Origin: Octopus sinensis
Lineage: Eukaryota
Assembly: GCF_006345805.1 (NCBI RefSeq)
Contig: NW_021825153.1
Location: 1-16,435 of the forward strand
Reading direction: 5' to 3'
Length of the DNA stretch: 16,435 nucleotides
Both the position numbers and the translations under genes were made by a program. This document shows positions 9,110-16,435 of the stretch, piece by piece. Below the pieces are notes generated by a model, which saw only the letters and a program-made list of their open reading frames with translations, ran no database searches and was not told where the DNA came from. Every line of letters starts with the position of its first letter. The first letter of the stretch is position 1.

Positions 9110-10545
9110 CAAATTTCGCTGAGGCGATTAAAGAAAAAAAAACAACAATATACTTTACGGCTCAACAATACAGGACACGAACATCAAAATAACAGAATCA
9201 GAAGGTATAGTACAAATAAACATACCAGAAATATTTTGGAAAATGAAAAAGACGACAATCATTTATAAAATAGTTAACAAAAAAACAAAAATCCCAGAGA
9301 AGGCCAACACAAGCAAAATAGAGAAGTGCTTGAACCCATCTGGGATCACAAAAGATATGTAACCTGGTGGAACAAATTTGCCCACATACAAGTTGTTTTC
9401 TACACCGAAGAGTTTAGCTAGACATTTTCTCAACGCTAACTCTTCACTCAGATGAACTCCAACTTACACCAGCTATCGGGGACAGAAAGTGACTAAGATC
9501 ACTCTAAACAATGTCCCCAAAATAGCCAATAGTCTATGGCTTGTAAAGGCCTTATGCGTAAAATGGCGAACTATACTATTTTGGAAACCACAGTCACAGA
9601 GCATAAAAACTGGGTGGGACAAAAATAGAATTTCTTCTACATATACATCATGAGGATATAAAAAAAATACCCACCCAGAATGTGTATCAGACGACCACAA
9701 GTTATGTGGTCGTCGATGGCAGAAGACCACGTTGCTACATATGCGGCAGTGAGCAACACTCAAAAAAGACTGCAAATCTGCCGCAAGAAAACAACAGCAA
9801 CAACAACAGCAGCCGGAAACAAAAACAAATAAACAAGGTTTACTACCCACACCACTTTTTGCAGGAACAACAACCTCACCAAACAAAACAACCACACACC
9901 AACTGAGCACCAAGAACAGAAGCAGCATCACCAACAACAACAACCAAGAATATACCAACTCCCAAACCAAGGACATCTGCCAAAAACCCACCCAGCAAAA
10001 AAAAGAAACAATTACACTCCAAATCCCCACAAAATTGACACCCTAACAACACACAACAATCCCACAATCACTCAAACAGCAAAATACCCAAACCCACATC
10101 CAAAACCGCATACACCACAACCAACGCTCCCAACCACACCAACAAACAAAACCAACACAGTCGACAATAGACCCCAATTCTTTCCCTCTTCCAGACTCCG
10201 ATTCGTCTGATCTGTCATTAGACGAAGAAGACAACAGGAAGATTGGCAAATAGCCACAGGGGGGAGAAGAAAAGGGGAAAAAAAAGAAAAGAAAAATAAC
10301 AAACAAAGCGGGAGATACACCAAAAAACCCGAAAACAAAAACATCCCAGAAAACACACACATCAACACAAACCCCCCCAAAAATGTTGACAGCCATAAAC
10401 ACAAACAACCACGACCTAATGGAACACATTAGGTCAAACACTAACATTACTGAAAACGACATAAAAACAAGTAACCACCCACATACAACACCACCACAAC
10501 ACATTAAAATAATACACGTGACACAGAACACATACAGCACCCCAA
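9110..10545 (+). pseudogene. Decayed gag-like ORF1 of a non-LTR retrotransposon (L1/Tx1-like probable) with a CCHC zinc knuckle
   Basis: Frameshifted pieces: NFAEAIKEKK; YRGQKVTKITLNNVP; EDIKKIP..VVVDGRRPRCYICGSEQH / KKDC (one base missing at ~9760 restores CX2CX4HX4C, 9733-9773); then a Q/T/N-rich linker, PLPDSDSSDLSLDEED, a stop and KKKKRK. The 5' region may extend to ~8560. Confidence 0.7.
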
Positions 10546-10775
10546 TGATGATGATGACAATGATGATGATGATAATGACGATGATGATGATGATGACAAT
10601 GATAATGACGATGATGATGATGACAATGATGATGATGATGATGATAATGACAATGATGATGATGATGATAATAATAATGATGATGATGATGATGATGATA
10701 ATAATAATGATGATGATGATGATGATGATAATGATAATGATGATGATGATAATGACAATGATGATGATAATAATA

Positions 10776-10807
<32 letters not shown>

Positions 10808-10915
10808 AATGACAATGATGATGATGATGATAATGATGACAACAGAGGTGTTGCAACAACTGATGCTGATGGTGATGATGATGGTGGTGGTGATGAAAAG
10901 AGAAATGGTTGTGAT
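10545..10915. repeat. (ATG)/(ATA)/(ACA) trinucleotide array
   Basis: Direct reading. Confidence 0.95.
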
Positions 10916-10943
10916 CCTTATGAACATTATATATACAAGCACA

Positions 10944-11230
10944 GGAGTGGCTGTGTGGTAAGTAGCTTGCTTACCAACCACATGGTTCTGGGTTCAGTCC
11001 CACTGCGTGGCACCTTGGGCAAGTGTCTTCTGCTATAGCCTCGGGCCGACCAAAGCCTTGTGAGTGGATTTGGTAGACGGAAACTGAAAGAAGCCATCAT
11101 ATATATGTGTATATATGTCTGTCTTTGTCCCCGCCAACATTACTTGACAACCAATGCTAGCGTGTTTGCATCCCCGTAACTTAGAGGTTCGGCAAAAGAG
11201 ACTGATAGAATAAGTACTAGGCTTACAAAG
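10944..11230 (+). mobile_element. tRNA-derived SINE, 3'-truncated by a (GAT)n array
   Basis: A box TGGCTGTGTGG, B box GTTCAGTCCC, CORE-like accttgggcaagt. Matches the 2237-2628 copy. Confidence 0.9.
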
Positions 11231-12070
11231 ATGATGATGATGATGATGATGATGGTGTTCACGTTATTGATGTCGATGATTGTGATGTTGATGATGATCA
11301 AAATCGCAATGATTATGATGATGATAAAGATGATGGTGATGAAGATGATGATATAAGATGATGATGATAAAGATGGTGATGAAGATGATGATAATATGAT
11401 GATGATAAAGATGATGTTGATGATGATGACGATGATAAAGATGATGGTGGTGATGATGATGATGATGATGATGATAAAGATGATGGTGGTGATGATGATG
11501 ATGATAAAGATGGTGATGAAGATGATGATATAAGATGATGTTGATGATGATGACGATGATAAAGATGATGGTGGTGATGATGATGATGATGATGATAAAG
11601 ATGATGGTGGTGATAAAGATGATGCTGGTGATGATGATGATGATGATGTGGTAATGATGATGATGATGATGATGATGATAAAGATGATGATGATGATGAT
11701 GATGATGATAAAGATGGTGATGAAGATGATGATAAAGATGATGTTGATGATGATGACGATGATAAAGATGATGGTGGTGATGATGATGATGATGATGATA
11801 AAGATGATGGTGGTGATAAAGATGATGCTGGTGATGATGATGATGATGATGGTGGTAATGATGATGATGATGATGATGATGATAAAGATGATGATGATGA
11901 TGATGATGATGGTGATGATGATAATGATGGATCAAAATCGCAATGATGATGATGATTATGACGGTCATGATTGTTATGAAGATTACCTGCGGCATGACGA
12001 CAACGACATCAACAACGATGACGAAGGTGGTGAGAAGAGCGGTGACGACGACAACAACGACAACAACAAA
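11231..12070. repeat. Large (GAT)-based array with higher-order duplications
   Basis: The block gataaagatgatgttgatgatgatgacgatgataaagatgatggtggt recurs three times. Confidence 0.95.
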
Positions 12071-12256
12071 CGAAGGTATTGCTGATTAAATGCGAGATTA
12101 CACAGGAATGGGGAAAAAAAAAAAATGAAGTAAAAAAGATTTTAAAAAAATACGAACCAACAAACAAACAACATCGAAAAACCAAACCAAATTTCCTCAA
12201 AATCTTTCAGAAAATATCTGACTTGAAAACTTTCTTATATCATGGCTGCAGATTCT

Positions 12257-12270
12257 GTTGCTATGGCGAC
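12257..12270. promoter_or_regulatory. RFX X-box-like motif
   Basis: GTTGCTATGGCGAC is one mismatch from GTHNYYATRRNAAC and is followed by a C-rich tract. Motif match only. Confidence 0.3.
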
Positions 12271-12346
12271 ACCCCCCCCCCCCGCTCACTCCCCCTCCCC
12301 GAAGCTAAGATGAACTGGATTCAACCAGATTCAACCAGTTTCAACC

Positions 12347-12454
12347 AATAACCTGTGTATACCACGTCATAGGTGTACATATATATGTGTATATATGTCT
12401 GTGTATATGTATATATATGTATATATATATATGTATATATATATGTGTATATAT

Positions 12455-12488
<34 letters not shown>

Positions 12489-12718
12489 GTATATGTGTAT
12501 ATATGTATATATGATTGATTGATTCTAGTTTCAGCTCACGAGCTGTGGCCATGCTGGGGCATCATATGTATATAATGTATATAATATATATAATATATAT
12601 ATATGTATATATGTATATATATGCATATATATATATGTATATATATTATATGATCTATGTATATCTATATATATATATATATATGTGTATATGTATATAT
12701 ATGTATATATGTAATATG

Positions 12719-12760
<42 letters not shown>

Positions 12761-12957
12761 TGTGTGTATGTGGGCGTGGCTGTGTGGTAAGAAGCTTGCT
12801 TCCCAACCACATGGTTCCAGGTTCAGTCCCACTTGTGGCACCATGGGCAGGTGTCTTCTGCTATAACATTAGGCTGGCCAAAGACTCGTGAATGGATTTG
12901 GTAGACGGAAACTGAAAGAAGTCCGTTGTATAGATGTATATATATGGATATATTTGT
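12347..12957 (+). repeat. Local duplication, copy 1 (paralog at 15192-16295)
   Basis: Shared unique flank aataacct.tgtataccacgtcataggtgtac and a SINE head with shared diagnostic variants (ataacattaggctggccaaagactcgtgaatgg; tgtatagatgt; ggatatatttgtg). Confidence 0.8.
12513..12563 (-). mobile_element. Short SINE-like 3' end with (ATCA)n tail
   Basis: Minus strand gccccagcatggccacagctcgtgagctgaaactagaatcaatcaatc resembles the SINE 3' motif ccagcatggccgcag...tgaaac. Absent from the paralogous copy. Confidence 0.55.
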
Positions 12958-13200
12958 GTAGGCATGCCCGTCGTATATATGTATATATATATATGTACAT
13001 GTGTGTTTGTGTTTGTCCCCCTAGCATTGCTTGACAACTGGTGCTGGTGTGTTTATATCCCCGTTACTTAGCGGTTCAGCAAAAGAGACCGATAGAATAA
13101 GTACTGGGCTTACAAAATAATAAGTCCCGGGATCGAGTTGCTCGAGTAAAGGTGGTGCTCCAGCATGGCCGCAGTAAAATGACTGAAACAAGTAAAAGAG
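12773..13200 (+). mobile_element. Near full-length tRNA-derived SINE
   Basis: Head, central microsatellite and tail (tgactgaaacaagtaaaagag). Confidence 0.88.
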
Positions 13201-13527
13201 TATATATATAATAAATCTCTGAACGAGGTATACACAGAAGCTGCACGACAATGTGAAGTATATTTGCCACTTAAATGTGGCTGACCACTAAAGGTAGATG
13301 CTACTGTAGCTTGTAGCCCCATGAGAACATCTTCTCCAGCTGGCTATTGACACACTTTCTGTGCCCTATCGGTATTTGCAAAGGGAAGCCATCCTTCCCA
13401 TCGTCGACCTGACGTGATACGCACAGACCCGGGTTTCTGGGTATTTACCCGTCATCAGCGCATGACAATCACCAGTTTTTGATGCGATATATATATATAT
13501 ATATAGATAGATAGATATATCTGTGCA

Positions 13528-13704
13528 GGTGGCACGTAAAAAGCACCCACTACACTCACGGAGTGGTTGGCGTTAGGAAGGGCATCCAGCCGTAGAAACA
13601 CTGCAAGATCAGACTGGGCCTGATGAAGCCTTCCAGCTTCACAGACCCCAGTTGAACCGTCCAACCCATGCTAGCATGGAAAACGGACGCTAAATGACGA
13701 TGAT
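13528..13704 (+). mobile_element. RTE LINE 3' UTR fragment ending in a GAT-type tail
   Basis: ggtggcacgtaaaaagcacc...gttggcgttaggaagggcatcc...ggacgctaaatgacgatgat. Homologous to 4159-4340 (reverse). Confidence 0.8.
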
Positions 13705-13706
13705 AT

Positions 13707-13864
13707 AACTTATAAACAAGGGCAAAAGTAAAAAATTCTAATGCCAAATATGCTGAAAATAAACAAATTGTCAATAACCATATAATTATATGGTTATTGA
13801 CAATTTGTCTATTTTTGGCATATTTGGCATTAGAATTTTTTACTTTTGCCCTTGTTTATAAGTT
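13707..13864. repeat. 158-bp AT-rich palindrome with no spacer
   Basis: 79-bp arms centred at 13785/13786, with 3 mismatches. Confidence 0.95.
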
Positions 13865-13952
13865 GTTTATAAATTTAACCTTTAAAGGTATTTTTTAATA
13901 TGCTGGCCATTGATAAAAATTTTTTCGAAAAATTTTATCCTATATTAGATGT

Positions 13953-14384
13953 AAAACCTGGGATGAGGTGGTGAAGCACGACCTTCGAACTTTAGGTCTC
14001 ACCGAGGAAATGACTAGAGACCGAGACCTTTGGAAGTATGCTGTGCATGAGAAGACCCGGCAGGACAAGTGAGACCATAACCCATGGCCTCAGTCCACTT
14101 ATGCATACCTTTCCTTCTTGGGACACAAAGCTCTACTTGTGACGAACTGTTGAGGCAAGTGAATATCAAAAATCAAAACCAAAATCAAAATCGATCAACA
14201 TGAATGGAAATTGTAACTGTGATACCAGTGCCGGTGGCACATAAGAGAACCATCCGAACGTGGCCATTGCCAGCGCCGCTCCGACTGGCTTCCGTGCCGG
14301 TGGCACGTAAAAAGCACCATCCGATCATGGCCGTTTGCCAGCCTCGCCTGGCATGGAAAGCGGACACTAAATGATGATGATGAT
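13953..14384 (+). mobile_element. 5'-truncated RTE-clade LINE: ORF C-terminus plus 3' UTR and (GAT)n tail
   Basis: 13953-14072 reads KTWDEVVKHDLRTLGLTEEMTRDRDLWKYAVHEKTRQDK*, matching the RTE C-terminal KTW...DL...DR..W pattern. Confidence 0.85.
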
Positions 14385-14694
14385 ATATATATATATACAT
14401 AAATACACATATTTATGTATCCAACACATGCTAGCATGGAAAATGGACATTAGAAGATTGTGGTGGTGGCGGTGGTGGTGGCAGCAGTGGTGGTGATGAT
14501 GATGATGGTGATGATGATGATGGTGATGATTATGATGATGATGACAACCATCTGACCCATACCAGCATGGGAAACAGTCATTAAAAGATGATGATATGAT
14601 GATGATGAAGGATTACAATGGCGATGACGGTGATGATTATGATCAGAACAACATTCCACACAGTTTCTGCCAACCAAATTGACCACACTAGGCT

Positions 14695-14808
14695 GTGGTC
14701 AGCCCATGGCTACAGCAGGAAGACACTTATCCTGAGGCGCCACACACTGGGATTGAACCCAGAACCCCATGTCCGTACAAAAGCATGCACCTTAACCACC
14801 CATCCACA
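14695..14808 (-). mobile_element. Diverged SINE head fragment
   Basis: gaagacactt...gggattgaacccagaacc...cttaaccac is the reverse complement of the SINE head. Confidence 0.65.
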
Positions 14809-14823
14809 CATGGGTATACTTAC

Positions 14824-14962
14824 ATTTAATAAGTCCAGCCCGAGCTTTCTTGTAAAGGCCCTTGATGTCTCGATTTTCACAAATCTCCAGCGATGTGTTC
14901 ACGTAACATTCGACAAATGGCAACTTGTCATCGTTATGAAGCTGGCGTGCGTTATTCCGATC
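14824..14962 (-). CDS. PAPSS: Internal coding exon (139 bp) of bifunctional PAPS synthase, APS-kinase domain
   Basis: Minus strand reads [46 protein letters not shown], matching the APS-kinase motif (DRNNARQ...[19 protein letters not shown]). Acceptor ttttcttctttccag; donor GTAAGT (14823-14818). Phase 0 start, phase 1 end. Missing from the ORF track. Confidence 0.96.
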
Positions 14963-15032
14963 CTGGAAAGAAGAAAACGAAGGACAATCAGAATTAATTA
15001 ATTAATTAATTAGATAATGAAATTTTTTACAT

Positions 15033-15125
15033 TTTATCTTTTACTTGTTTCAGTCATTGGATTGCAGCCATGCTGGAGCACTGCCTTGAACAAATTTATT
15101 TTAGTCAAACAAATTGTCCCTGGAA
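15033..15125 (-). mobile_element. SINE 3' end fragment
   Basis: ttttacttgtttcagtcatt...gccatgctggagcac. Confidence 0.8.
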
Positions 15126-15259
15126 ATTTGAAAATTTCATTTGTAAAACCTGGTTCTTATAATAAGAAAACTAATAAAAAAAAACTAATAAAATAACCTT
15201 TGTATACCACGTCATAGGTGTACATATATATGTGTATATATGTCTGTGTATATGTATAT

Positions 15260-16028
15260 CTGAATGACTGTCTGTTTTCCGTGTTCGTCAATTCGTGAAT
15301 TTCACGTTCTTTATATATAAAGTTTTATTCTATATTATCGCAGAGTACATGCACCAATCTATTTATGTTTGTCATATCTCCACCATTGCACGACTTCTTT
15401 AACTTTAACTTTCCCTTTCCCATTCGCCATTGCTTCTTCCTCAAGGTATTTTGGCGCTTCTTTACCAAGTTATTTTGGCGCCTCTTCCTCCCATCCTCTT
15501 GAATTCTTTCTTTCTCTCTCTCTCGGTCATTGCTTCTGTTCTCGGCCCTCCTTAATCCCCTCTCTCTCTGTCTCTCTTTCTCTGTCACCTTCTTGCAACC
15601 TGCTGCTACTAAGCCATTCCATTGGTGACAGCCGCCTGTACTACACGTGTCATCTCTACCGAAAAGGTAACCGCTTCCCACGCTTGCTGATCAGTTGTTT
15701 TTGTCCCATTTTGTCTCAAAGTCGTAAGACGCCCCCCCCCCCGTATCATTCCTGTTTTTATTCGTTACTGTTTCCAATTTTATCTTCGTCTCTTGTTTTC
15801 CTATTCGTCTCGGTTGTCACATTCTTTCCTTCTACCAAGGGAATCTAATACCCATAGCTTAGCTTTTCCTTGGGGCTGGCCGTTTTGGAGCAAATCCCAG
15901 AATTAAACAGCCGAAATTTGCCATGATGAATCGGTTTCTGACTGAAGAATGAAATCTCTGAATGACTGTCTGTTTTCCGTGTTCGTCAATTCGTGAATTT
16001 CACGTTCTTTATATATAAAGTTTTATTC
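15260..16028. mobile_element. Unclassified 769-bp non-coding insertion with 71-bp terminal direct repeats and a possible 9-bp TSD
   Basis: 15260-15330 is identical to 15958-16028 (period 698). tatgtatat at 15251-15259 and 16029-16037. Absent from the paralog at ~12405. Confidence 0.75.
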
Positions 16029-16089
16029 TATGTATATATATATATATATATATAATGTGTCTGTGTGTGTATAGGAGTGTGTGTATGTG

Positions 16090-16333
16090 GGCGTGGCTGT
16101 GTGGTAAGAAGCTTTCTTCCCAACCACACGGTTCCAGGTTCAGTCCCACTGTGTGGCACCATGGGCAGGTGTCTTCTGCTATAACATTAGGCTGGCCAAA
16201 GACTCGTGAATGGATTTGGTAGACGGAAACTGAAAGAAGCCCGTTGTATAGATGTATATATATATATATATATATATACGGATATATTTGTGCATGCATG
16301 TGTGTGTATGTGTGTCTGTGTTTGTCACCCAAC
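16090..16333 (+). mobile_element. SINE 5' half (part of duplication copy 2)
   Basis: Near-identical to 12773-12957. Confidence 0.85.
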
Positions 16334-16338
16334 CATTT

Positions 16339-16435
16339 TATTAGTTTTCTTTTGCTGAACTGCTAAGTTATGTAAACACACCAACACTGGTTGTTGAGCG
16401 ATGGTGGGGGAACAAACCCAGACACACACACACAC
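16339..16435 (-). mobile_element. SINE central fragment
   Basis: cttttgctgaactgctaagt...gtaaacacacca...ggttgt matches 2359-2460. Confidence 0.75.

Larger units (their letters stand above)
6938..14823 (-). other. PAPSS: GT-AG intron (7886 bp) of PAPSS; 1-6818 is also intronic (next exon not found in the window)
   Basis: Bounded by the donor and acceptor of two phase-compatible exons. Confidence 0.9.

Noticed and set aside
10944-11015. tRNA gene
   Set aside because: A/B boxes are present, but there is no cloverleaf and the sequence continues into the SINE body.
13255-13455. Higher-complexity island, checked as a possible exon
   Set aside because: No recognisable protein or splice pair, and the PAPSS exons on either side already join in frame; left unclassified.
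13619-13650. CTGATGA with a short agc/gct stem
   Set aside because: No GAAA follows; it is a variant position within the RTE 3' UTR.
15900-16028. CTGAAGA and GAAA motifs, and the peptide PELNSRNLP* resembling a GIY-YIG C-terminus
   Set aside because: No permutation gives stems I-III. The peptide is only 22 codons after a stop and too short to support homology.
983-16332. Long ORF-track ORFs (poly-Y/I/H/M/V/T/G, e.g. 1403-2050, 6963-7571, 10043-10981, 11264-11995)
   Set aside because: Translations of microsatellites, open in several frames and strands, with no domain and no splice support.

Overview
Eukaryotic, repeat-dense genomic DNA, very probably octopus/coleoid cephalopod, judged from recalled octopus tRNA-derived SINE, RTE and TTAA-MITE families. 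The window lies inside a minus-strand PAPS synthase (PAPSS) gene. Two consecutive APS-kinase-domain exons (14824-14962 and 6819-6937) have canonical AG/GTAAGT sites, join in frame and are separated by a 7.9-kb intron. The rest is intronic: SINEs, RTE 3' ends, piggyBac-type MITEs, a decayed gag-like ORF1, very large triplet/dinucleotide microsatellites and a local duplication. Nearly all ORF-track ORFs are low-complexity artefacts. The most notable structure is a ~1.08-kb Penelope-like foldback insertion (5527-6604, ~500-bp inverted arms) with a hammerhead-ribozyme motif in each arm. The copy antisense to PAPSS is near-intact; the sense copy is damaged. Also present are a second degenerate hammerhead-like motif with its own short inversion, a 158-bp spacerless palindrome, and a 769-bp insertion with 71-bp terminal direct repeats whose empty site is visible in a nearby paralogous segment. 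All alignments were done by eye; no database searches were run.
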